Shown here piece by piece: positions 17,777 to 35,277 of a DNA stretch of 53,836 bases. The position numbers were made by a program, and so were the translations under genes. The stretch's first letter is position 1. Every line of letters begins with the position of its first letter. Source of the stretch: an uncultured Chthoniobacterales bacterium (GTDB taxonomy: Bacteria > Verrucomicrobiota > Verrucomicrobiia > Chthoniobacterales > SZAS-18). The notes under the pieces are model-generated. The model ran no database searches. It was not told where the DNA came from and was given only the letters and a program-made list of their open reading frames with translations. The DNA is taken from positions 1 through 53,836 of the forward strand of contig CAXTVY010000001.1 of assembly GCA_964247665.1 (NCBI GenBank), in the 5' to 3' direction.

Positions 17777-19114
17777 TCACCTGCTGCCCGCGCAACGGGC
17801 TGCCAGTTCCCGCCGGTCGAGCTTGCCGCGCTCCGTGCGCGGCAGCCGGGGAGCCACCCACCACTGACGCGGCACCTGCCACGCCGGGAGCCGCTCGGCC
17901 AGCGCTCGACGCACTTCCTCACCCGGGCGGCGTGTTTCCACGGCTGCCAGCAGGAAGTCCTCGCCACCCGCCGCCCGCGTCTGCACGCCCACCCAGGCGT
18001 CCGTCACGCCCTCCAGCGCCCGGAGCGCGCGTTCGATCTCGGCGGGAGCCACCTTCTTGCCGCCGATGTTCGCCAGCGGGGTGGCGCGGCCCGTGAGGAC
18101 TAGTTCGCCGCGTTCATTCCACGCGCCCAGGTCCGCCAGGGTGTGCTCCCCCGGGGCAACCACCGCCGCGCTGCGGACCGTGACCCGGCCCTCGTCGTCC
18201 AGACGAACCTCCACGCCTCGCAGGGGCGAACCAACGCTGCCCGAAGCCACGGCTTCCCCGGTACGGTCGAAGCAGATGCCGCCGGTTTCCGACGAGCCGT
18301 AGAAGTTGCCCACGGGCACTCCGAACCGCGCCCGGAACGACGCTGCTACCTCCGGCCGCAGCGGCGCGCCCGCCGAGATCACCCGCCGCAGGGTCCGCAG
18401 CCGGGCCGGGTCCACCGAGGATTCCGCCAACGCCCGCAGCACGGCGGGCACCGAGGGCAGCACGGTCGCCCCGTGCTTTTCGATGTGACCGGCGAGCGCG
18501 TCGGGCAGGATTTCCGTGGAGCAAATCAGCGCGGTGCCCTGCGCGATCAATGGCAGGACGAGGTTGCCCAGCCCGTAGGAATGGCCGAGGGGAATGGCCC
18601 CGAGGTTGCGGTCGTCCGGGCCGATTTCCATGGCCGCGGCGATCTGGCGGCCGTCGGCGAGCATGTTCGCCCCGGTGAAAAGCAGGGGGCGCGGCTCGCC
18701 CGTGCTTCCACTGGTCGTCTTGACGACGCAATAATCCGCGTCCGCCGGTGCGGGGGGCAAAGGGCCTGCCAGCGCCTGCCAATCCGGGCCGTCCCAGAGC
18801 CAGTGCGCCCCCAGGGCGGCGGCGGCGGCAGCGCGCTGGGGCGGCGGCAGCGCCGTGTCCAGCGGCAGCGCAACGGCCCCGAGCTTTTGCAGCGCGAGAA
18901 ACGTCGCCAGCCAGCGCACGCCATTGCGCTCACAGACCGCCACGGTCGCGCCAGCGGCCAAGACGACGGGCGCACCGGCGGCGAGGCGTTCCGCCCGGGC
19001 GGTCAGCTCGCCGCGTGAACACGTTTCGCCGTCTTCGCGTGCCTCGACCAGAGCCAACGCGTCCGGCGCGGACGCGGCGGTTTGCAGCCAAGTGGTCCAG
19101 AGGGTGGTCGGCAT
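17777..19114 (-). CDS. Class I adenylate-forming enzyme (acyl-CoA/acyl-carrier ligase, ApeH/XanA2-like)
   Basis: TTSGSTGEP P-loop, HSYGL, SAGAPL, FYGSSETGG, DLG, LPRTERGK. Start re-picked at 19114. Confidence 0.85.
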   Translation of the reverse strand: MPTTLWTTWLQTAASAPDALALVEAREDGETCSRGELTARAERLAAGAPVVLAAGATVAVCERNGVRWLATFLALQKLGAVALPLDTALPPPQRAAAAAALGAHWLWDGPDWQALAGPLPPAPADADYCVVKTTSGSTGEPRPLLFTGANMLADGRQIAAAMEIGPDDRNLGAIPLGHSYGLGNLVLPLIAQGTALICSTEILPDALAGHIEKHGATVLPSVPAVLRALAESSVDPARLRTLRRVISAGAPLRPEVAASFRARFGVPVGNFYGSSETGGICFDRTGEAVASGSVGSPLRGVEVRLDDEGRVTVRSAAVVAPGEHTLADLGAWNERGELVLTGRATPLANIGGKKVAPAEIERALRALEGVTDAWVGVQTRAAGGEDFLLAAVETRRPGEEVRRALAERLPAWQVPRQWWVAPRLPRTERGKLDRRELAARCAGSR

Positions 19115-19137
19115 CAGTGCGATGTTGGGGAGAACAA

Positions 19138-19593
19138 TCAGGCCACCTGCACGTCCGGACGCCATTCAAGCACCGTGGCGTCCCCACTGGCCAGGACGAT
19201 GCCCGCTGCGTCCTCCACCCGGCCCTCGAAGCGGATCAGGCCACCGGGGGCGGGCGGCGTCTGGCCCCCCAGCACCGTGACCCGTAGCACTTCTCCGACC
19301 GGCAGCGACCGCCTGTCCAGCCGCAGGGTCCGGCTCCCCAGCAGCAATCCCCTCGCCGCGCGGACATGCTCCGCCCCGCTGGCCATTTGGTTGAGCGCGT
19401 GGTGAACCGCTGCCGCCTGCGCGATCAATTCCAGCGCAAACGACGCCGGGACCTCGCCACCGCACGCGGCTGCAAACGCCGGGTCAAAGCCGCCCGCACA
19501 AGTTGTCTCCCCGCCCTCATGGGCAAGCACGGCGCGCAGGAACAGCATCGGCGGGCAGTGCGGCAGCAGGTCAGCGGGTGGCGGATATCCCAT
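19138..19593 (-). CDS. Hotdog-fold 3-hydroxyacyl-ACP dehydratase-like protein (ApeP-like)
   Basis: LLPHCPPMLFL, ELIAQAAAVH, GLLLGSR. Start re-picked at 19593. Confidence 0.75.
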   Translation of the reverse strand: MGYPPPADLLPHCPPMLFLRAVLAHEGGETTCAGGFDPAFAAACGGEVPASFALELIAQAAAVHHALNQMASGAEHVRAARGLLLGSRTLRLDRRSLPVGEVLRVTVLGGQTPPAPGGLIRFEGRVEDAAGIVLASGDATVLEWRPDVQVA

Positions 19594-19606
19594 TCCGCTT
19601 TGTAAA

Positions 19607-19662
19607 GTGGGAAGGCGGAAGTGGGAAGGCGGAAGTGGGAAGGATGCAGGATGCAGGATGCC
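19607..19662. repeat. Eight in-register heptamers (GTGGGAA/GGCGGAA x5, then GGATGCA x3)
   Basis: Read directly from the sequence. Confidence 0.85.
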
Positions 19663-19706
19663 GGGGCACCTGCGATGCGTGGTAGGCAGTTTCTGGTGTA
19701 CCCGGT

Positions 19707-22700
19707 CTATCGGCTGCCGTTGTCCGACTTCCGACTTCCGACTTCCGACTTCCCACTGCCGCCTTCCAGACAGTGCCGCACGGATTCCGCCAGGCCGTCC
19801 ACATGCTCGGTGATGCACGCCAGGTGGCTTCCCGCCAACTCGTGGGTTTCCAGGGACGAAACCCGCTTGCGCCACTCGCGCGGCGCGTCCTCCTCGCCCT
19901 TGCCGTTCGCCAGATCGCTCGAAAGTAGCAGCGTGGCTGCACCGTGATAAGGTTCAGGCGTATAACCTCCCGTCGCCCAGAGGAAAACGAGCGGCACGTT
20001 CCAGCGAGGATCGAACCATTCCGACGCTGAAGCCGAGCCGCCGCCCTGGTCTGGCGGCGGCCAGAAACGCCACAACAGCCGCTGCCAACGGTTCTTGACC
20101 CGTCGGGAAGCCACGTCCCATTTTTCCTGGGTTTCCATCAACAGCCAACGCTCCAGCCGTGCGAACAGAAAATGCCACCGGCTGAACGAGGCGATCTGCC
20201 GCTGCTGGTCGAAACCCCGCCAGCGGCCGATCCGCTCTACCCAGCGCCGCAGGGTCTTGAGCCGCCGGTTGCGCACCGTGGCATCGATGATGAGCAGCCG
20301 CTCGACCGTCTCACCTTGGGCTTCCAGTTGCCGCGCAATCTCGAACGCCGTCAGGCCGCCCAGGCAGAAACCGCCCAGCACGTAGGGCCCGTGGGGCTGC
20401 ACGGTGCGGATGGTCTGCAACTGCGCCGCTGCAATCGTCCCGATTTCCGGCAGGGCCGCGTACTCGGACACGTCCAACGGCGGCAACGCGTAGAAGGGCT
20501 GGTCCGTCCCGAGGCGGCGTGAGAGCTTCAGGCAGTAGAAGCCGCCGCCAGTCAGGTCACCGTGGAGGAAGAAAATAGGCGTCTTGGTGCCGCTTTCCTG
20601 GAGCGCCAGGATTTCCGGGGCGGGCCCGGCGTCATCGCGCCGCAAGGCCTCGACGGCCAGATGCTCGATGGTCGCCTCCTGGAAGAGCGTGGCGGGGAGC
20701 AGCGCCTTGCCGCAAACCTGTTCGATCCGGTAGAGCATCCGCATGGCCAGCAGCGAGTTGCCACCAAGGTCAAAGAAATCATCCCTGATGCCGATGGGCC
20801 GCACGTCCAACAGATCCTGCCAGATCTCGATGAATTGATGGTGCACCGTCAGGTAAGGGGCGTCGTAACGCTCCTCGGTTTCGCGTCCGGGGGCGGCGGG
20901 CGGCTCGGGCAGGTGCGACGGGTCCAGCCAGCCTTCCGGCGTCCGCGGAAACCGCTCCACCGGCACGAAGGCCGACGGGATGCTCTCCTCCGGGAGATGT
21001 TCCTTGAGGAAGGCGCGCAGTTGCGTCGAACTGACCAGCGCGGGTGGCGCGCCATCGCTCTCGAAATAGGCGCAGACACGGCCTTCGGGTCCGGCGGGGC
21101 GCGCCAGCACCTCGCACACATGGGGATGGGTGCGCAGAGCCGTCTCGATCTCACGGGCATCCACCCGCAACCCGCCCACCTTCAGTTGGTGATCCAGGCG
21201 GCCAAGCCATTCCACCTCGCCGCCGGGCCGGAGGCGTCCGGCATCGCCCGTGCGGAAGGCATGGGCCGCCGCCGATTGCTCGGCCCCGGGCAGGCCATCC
21301 ACGCAAATTTCCCCGCACACCCCTACGGGCAGCGGCTCGCCGTGGGCGTCGAGCACGCGGAGGCCGATCCCAGGACGCACGGGGCCGACCCCCGCCGTCC
21401 GATCCGGGTCGGGGCCGGGCGGCACGTCGAAACAAAGCTCCACCCAGCGGCCGGTGTCGGCGGTCATCCGCCAGCGGTCCGCCCGCAGCATCCGGGCGGG
21501 GGCGGCAGCCTGTTCAGGCTCGGCCGCCAGCGGCAGCCGGGTGACCGGCAGATCCGCCCCGCCGGGCGCGACGACCGCCACGAGGAGGCTTTCAAAGCTG
21601 GCGAGCACCCGGTCAATGGTGCCTGCCTCGAAGAGGTCCGCGTTGTATTCCAGGCTCAGACGGATGTGGTCGCCATCCTCAGTGGCCGCTGCCGACCACT
21701 CGAAGAGTGACCCGCTGGCCGTCTGCGGCAGGGGAGTCAAATCCAGGTCTGGCAGGCGGACGGACTGCACGAAAGGCCGCTGGTAGAGGAAGTTAGCCTG
21801 GAGCCGCCGGGGCGGCAGCTCCTCGATGATCTTCTCGAAGGGCACGTCGGCGTGCTCAAACGCACCGAGCACGGTCCCGCGCACCCGCCCGAGATATGCG
21901 CGGAACGTCGGGCCACCGGCAAGGTCCAGACGTAGCAGGAGCGGGTTCACGAACAGGCCGATCAGGTCCTCCAGCTCGCTCCGGGGGCGGTTGGCCGAGG
22001 GGGTGCTGACCAGCACATTCTCCTGCCTGCCGTAACGGCCCAGCAGGATGGAAAACGCCGCCAGGAACAGCATGAACGGGCTGACGCCCTCCCGGGCGGC
22101 CAGCGCCTTGAGCGACGCCGCCAGTCCATCCGGCAGCGGCCGGTAGCGCACCCCACCCGTGGCGGCGCGTCCGCGAAAGGGAGGGCGCGGATGGTCCGTC
22201 GGCAGGTCCAACACGGGCAGCGGCGCGGCGAGGGCCTCCCGCCAGTAGGCCAGCGGCGCTTCATGCCCCGCGGCAGCGAGGTCGTGCTGCCACTGGGCAT
22301 AATCAGCATACTGGATCGCCAGATCCGCCAGGGGAGAGGGCTGCCCCTGGGCAAACGCGGTGTATAACGTTGCCAGCTCGCGCTGGAAAACCCCGCTGCT
22401 CCAGCCGTCGCAGGCGATGTAGTGCACCGTGAAGAGCAGAAGATGATCATCCGGCGCGGTCCGCACCAGGCGGGCGCGGCAAACGGGCCCGCGCGCCAGG
22501 TCGAAGGGCTGCCCCGCCTCCTCGGCCCGCAGGTGCACCGGCACCTCCGCGCGAGCGGGTTCCGGGAAGTCCCACACGTCCACCATGGACAGGGCCAGCG
22601 TCTGCTCGGGCGCGATGGTCTGGCGCAGGCGACCCTGCTCAAAATGGAAGGTCGTCCGCAGAGTTTCGTGCCGGGCAACGATCTCGCGCAAGGCGCACTC

Positions 22701-23015
22701 CAGGGCGGGGCGATTCAACCGGCCGCGCAGTTGCATGGCCATCGCCACGTTCAGCGAAGGGTTGCCGCCGGGTACGAGCTGGTCGAGCAGCCAGAAGCGG
22801 CGCTGGGCCGTCGTGGCCGGGAAAATAAAAACATCCTCGCCGTCGGTCGTGGGCACCGTTTTGGCTCCGGCCGGGCGGACCTCCGGGTGCGGCGGCACCG
22901 CAGGCGCAGGCAGGGCTTTTTCCGCCTGGGTGCGGAAAGCTGGCACGACCGGAGTCAACACAACTTTGCCAGGATGTACGTCTTCAAGCAACGCCAGGAT
23001 CATATCGCAATGCAA
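19707..23015 (-). CDS. Terminal NRPS protein: C (HYxxxDG) - vestigial A - T - thioesterase (Cys nucleophile)
   Basis: C-domain motifs (TTAQRRFW, RHETLRTTF, HYIACDGWS, IQYADYAQWQ, LDLPTDHPRP, IGLFVN). Only A6-A10 remnants are present (FRTGD, GRLDHQLKVGG, TPEGW). T is DFFDLGGNSL and TE is GFCLGG...GSHL. Start uncertain (23015, 23003 or later). Confidence 0.88.
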   Translation of the reverse strand: MHCDMILALLEDVHPGKVVLTPVVPAFRTQAEKALPAPAVPPHPEVRPAGAKTVPTTDGEDVFIFPATTAQRRFWLLDQLVPGGNPSLNVAMAMQLRGRLNRPALECALREIVARHETLRTTFHFEQGRLRQTIAPEQTLALSMVDVWDFPEPARAEVPVHLRAEEAGQPFDLARGPVCRARLVRTAPDDHLLLFTVHYIACDGWSSGVFQRELATLYTAFAQGQPSPLADLAIQYADYAQWQHDLAAAGHEAPLAYWREALAAPLPVLDLPTDHPRPPFRGRAATGGVRYRPLPDGLAASLKALAAREGVSPFMLFLAAFSILLGRYGRQENVLVSTPSANRPRSELEDLIGLFVNPLLLRLDLAGGPTFRAYLGRVRGTVLGAFEHADVPFEKIIEELPPRRLQANFLYQRPFVQSVRLPDLDLTPLPQTASGSLFEWSAAATEDGDHIRLSLEYNADLFEAGTIDRVLASFESLLVAVVAPGGADLPVTRLPLAAEPEQAAAPARMLRADRWRMTADTGRWVELCFDVPPGPDPDRTAGVGPVRPGIGLRVLDAHGEPLPVGVCGEICVDGLPGAEQSAAAHAFRTGDAGRLRPGGEVEWLGRLDHQLKVGGLRVDAREIETALRTHPHVCEVLARPAGPEGRVCAYFESDGAPPALVSSTQLRAFLKEHLPEESIPSAFVPVERFPRTPEGWLDPSHLPEPPAAPGRETEERYDAPYLTVHHQFIEIWQDLLDVRPIGIRDDFFDLGGNSLLAMRMLYRIEQVCGKALLPATLFQEATIEHLAVEALRRDDAGPAPEILALQESGTKTPIFFLHGDLTGGGFYCLKLSRRLGTDQPFYALPPLDVSEYAALPEIGTIAAAQLQTIRTVQPHGPYVLGGFCLGGLTAFEIARQLEAQGETVERLLIIDATVRNRRLKTLRRWVERIGRWRGFDQQRQIASFSRWHFLFARLERWLLMETQEKWDVASRRVKNRWQRLLWRFWPPPDQGGGSASASEWFDPRWNVPLVFLWATGGYTPEPYHGAATLLLSSDLANGKGEEDAPREWRKRVSSLETHELAGSHLACITEHVDGLAESVRHCLEGGSGKSEVGSRKSDNGSR
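19723..19757. repeat. Heptamer tandem repeat (TCCGACT)x4 + TCCCACT, inverted partner of 19607-19641
   Basis: The reverse-complement units AGTCGGA/AGTGGGA match the upstream array. The repeat lies in the last codons of the terminal NRPS. Confidence 0.85.
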
Positions 23016-23297
23016 CCGAGTTGACTATCAGAAGCAGATGACACGCCTGATTTTTCCATCCGTTCCAATATTTTCCGGGCAACCCGATTCTGGCAATACT
23101 CCCTTGGTAGTAGCATTTTCCAAAATAATCGCGCAACGCAATTTGCACGATTTTGTAAGTGCCTGGTTACACGGCATTACGAGACGAACACCACCCGAGG
23201 CATTTTCGCCGGAAAACCCCTGTAAAATCCTGTTTTCCGCGGAAATGTGGCGGCAAACGTCACGCCGACGTAGCAGACTCTTTTCCCCGGCCTGCCC

Positions 23298-32558
<9,261 letters not shown>

Positions 32559-32585
32559 GAAGTGACGTGGTTTGGCGCGTTCGGT

Positions 32586-34520
32586 TCAACCCGGCCGGCC
32601 TGCGAGACGGGCGCGGGCGGCAGCGGCGACGACTTGCTGCTGCTGGCGGCGGGCACGATCCTGGATGGACGGGGCCGCCACCGGCGCTTGGTCCAGCGTG
32701 CCGAGATAAGCGGTCAGACCCGCGATGGTGGGATGCTGGAAGATCGCCGCGATTGGGAACTCGCGCCCCAATGCCTGACACAAGCGGGTATGCAGCCGCA
32801 CGGCGAGCACCGAGTTGCCGCCCGCCTCGAAAAAATTGTCACGGGTATCGGAGCCCTCGAAGCCCAGCGTCTGCTCCCAGGCCAGCGCGACGGTCTTTTC
32901 CAGCGCGGTCCGCGGCGGGGTGGCGGCAGCGCGGGCTCCGGCGGCGCGCGTGGCGCGGTGACGCGGCAGGGCGCGGCGATCCACCTTGCCGCTCGGCGTC
33001 AGCGGGAGTTGTTCCAGCACCGCGAAATGGGTTGGCACCAGATAATCGGGCAACTGCCCGAGCAGCCAGCGCCGCAGGTCGGCGGGCGTCGGCACGGGCT
33101 GGCCCGCACGCGGCACGAGGTAGCCCACGAGTTCCTGGCCGCCGCCCGTCTCGCCAGGGGAAACGCCGACCGCCGTTTCGCGGATGGCCGGATGCCGCGA
33201 GAGCACGGTTTCGACCTCGCCCAGCTCGACCCGGAATCCGCGAATCTTCACCTGATCATCGGCGCGGCCGAGGAACTGCAAATTACCGTCCGGCTGCCGT
33301 TGCACCAGATCGCCGGTGCAATACCAACGCGTGCCGTCGATTGCCACGAACTTCGCCGCCGTCAACGCCGGATCGTGCAGATACTCGCGGGCAAGGCAGA
33401 CGCCGCCGAGGTACAACGCGCCCGGCTGACCGGGTTCGACCGCCTCGCCGCCGTCATCCAGTAACCGGATTTTTACCCCGTCAATGGGTTGTCCGACACT
33501 GGGCAGCGGGGGCCAGTCCTGCGCCGGACCCGGCAGCGTGTAAGCGGTGGCGACATGGGTTTCCGTCGGTCCGTAGTGGTTGTGCAAGGCACCTCCCCCG
33601 GCGGCCTGGAGCACCGCGAAAAATCCCGCCACGGCCGGGGTGATCCGCAACGCCTCGCCGGCCGTGATGACCTGCCGCAGGGCGCGGGGCGCGGGCTCGC
33701 CGGCCGCGTGTTGTTCGGCCAGTTGGTAGAGCATCACGGGTGGCACGAACACGCGGGTAATCCCCTCCCGCGCGATCAAGCGCAGCAGCCCGCGCGGGTC
33801 ACGCCGCAACCCTTCGGAAATCAGCGCCAGCGTGCCCCCTTCGCCGAGGGTCGAAAAAATCTCCTGGAACGAAACGTCAAAGCTCAGCGGCGCGAACTGC
33901 AACACGCGGCTGCCCGGTTCCAGCGGGCATATGCGCGCCTGCCAGCGCAGTAAATTCATCAGCGGACCGTGCCCCATCGCCACCCCTTTCGGGCGTCCCG
34001 TGGAACCCGACGTGTAGATCACGTATGCCAGCGGGTCGGCTGCATCGTTGCTCGCGGCAGCGTCGAGGTCACGGTCGTCGTAGGCATCGAGGTGCAGGCC
34101 GCCGCTTCCCCCGAGATGGACCGTCCGCAATCCGGCGGGCCACTCGCGGACCATCGCGGCCTGGGTGATGAGCACGCGCGCGCCGGAATTTTCCAGCATG
34201 TAAGTCAGCCGTTCCTCGGGATAAGCCGGGTCCAGCGGCACGTAAGCGCCGCCCGCTTTCAGGACAGCCATGATGGCCACGAGAGCCTCCGGCGACCGCT
34301 CCAGACATATCCCTACCAGCGCGTCCGGGCCAATGCCGCACGCCCGCAGATGCCGCGCGAGTTGATTGGCAGTCCGGTTGAGCGCGCCGTAGGTCAATGT
34401 CTCGTCAGCGAGCGTCACGGCAGGGGCATCCGGCGTGCAAGCCGCCCGCGCCTCGAAAAGCCGGTGGACCTCTCTGCCGGGTGGCACGGTTGCGGGTTGG
34501 AATGATGGACTGCTGTTCAC
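32586..34520 (-). CDS. Stand-alone NRPS loading module A(Pro)-T
   Basis: YTSGSTGRPKG, FDVSFQE, HNHYGPTETHVAT, YCTGD, TPSGK, and T FFEAGGNS. Hand-aligned code DVQFIAHVAK is close to the Pro consensus DVQxIAHVVK. Start uncertain (GTG 34520, or ATG 34565/34619). Confidence 0.9.
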   Translation of the reverse strand: MNSSPSFQPATVPPGREVHRLFEARAACTPDAPAVTLADETLTYGALNRTANQLARHLRACGIGPDALVGICLERSPEALVAIMAVLKAGGAYVPLDPAYPEERLTYMLENSGARVLITQAAMVREWPAGLRTVHLGGSGGLHLDAYDDRDLDAAASNDAADPLAYVIYTSGSTGRPKGVAMGHGPLMNLLRWQARICPLEPGSRVLQFAPLSFDVSFQEIFSTLGEGGTLALISEGLRRDPRGLLRLIAREGITRVFVPPVMLYQLAEQHAAGEPAPRALRQVITAGEALRITPAVAGFFAVLQAAGGGALHNHYGPTETHVATAYTLPGPAQDWPPLPSVGQPIDGVKIRLLDDGGEAVEPGQPGALYLGGVCLAREYLHDPALTAAKFVAIDGTRWYCTGDLVQRQPDGNLQFLGRADDQVKIRGFRVELGEVETVLSRHPAIRETAVGVSPGETGGGQELVGYLVPRAGQPVPTPADLRRWLLGQLPDYLVPTHFAVLEQLPLTPSGKVDRRALPRHRATRAAGARAAATPPRTALEKTVALAWEQTLGFEGSDTRDNFFEAGGNSVLAVRLHTRLCQALGREFPIAAIFQHPTIAGLTAYLGTLDQAPVAAPSIQDRARRQQQQVVAAAARARLAGRPG

Positions 34521-34638
34521 TGCGTCGATGTGTTTTAACCCCGGTCTTCCAGAGTAGGAAGCCATTTTCATGCCCTGACAGGCGGCAGGGTGCAGGTGTT
34601 CTGAAGGCAAGGGCTCCATCCTGCCACCTGTCGTCTTT

Positions 34639-35262
34639 CTACGAACCGGCGAAACAGCGAAAGTGCCCCGTGATCTGATAGACGAACAACACGTCCTCCA
34701 TCCGAGCCCCCTCGCCGATGTTGTGGACCATGAGGTGCCGGGCCGGGTCAGCCGGAGATACCGCCGCGACCACCACGCCCACGTGCGCCAGACCGCCCGG
34801 GAGTTGCCAGCTCACGATGTCGCCCGGTTGGTAGTCCACTGCCGCCGTGGTCACCGGCAGCGATTTTCCCTGCCGCTTGAAGTACGCCGCCAGATTCGGC
34901 ACCCGGCGGTGGTCGATGTTCGGGTCCGGGTGCGTGAGGCCCCATTCGTGCGGGTACGCGGCGAAATGCGCCTTCATGTCCTCGTGGACCGCCTGTTGCA
35001 GGTCCACCCCGGCCGCGCGCAGGGAACGGATCACCACGTCCGTGCAGACGCCGCGATCCGCAGGCACGTCGCCGCCGGGATAAGTCAGCTTCACGTAGGC
35101 GGGATCATACGTTCGCGTGGTCCGCGTTTGCTCCATCGCGGACGCTACCACCCGGCGCACGTTCTCCGCGTGCGGATCGTCGGCCCACAGCGCGGGCACG
35201 GTGGCCACGACGCCCAGGAACAGCAGCGCCAGAACGGCCAGCCGTGACGGGTGGTTGCGCAT
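34639..35262 (-). CDS. DUF1287 (YijF-like) exported protein
   Basis: Signal peptide, YDPAYVKLTYPGGDVP..RGVCTDVVIR, D.NIDHRRVPNL, HNIG.G. Confidence 0.9.
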   Translation of the reverse strand: MRNHPSRLAVLALLFLGVVATVPALWADDPHAENVRRVVASAMEQTRTTRTYDPAYVKLTYPGGDVPADRGVCTDVVIRSLRAAGVDLQQAVHEDMKAHFAAYPHEWGLTHPDPNIDHRRVPNLAAYFKRQGKSLPVTTAAVDYQPGDIVSWQLPGGLAHVGVVVAAVSPADPARHLMVHNIGEGARMEDVLFVYQITGHFRCFAGS

Positions 35263-35277
35263 CGGCAGCCTCTTCGT

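Noticed and set aside
19607-19757. CRISPR array
   Set aside because: The units are 7-bp tandem repeats without unique spacers, and there are no cas genes.
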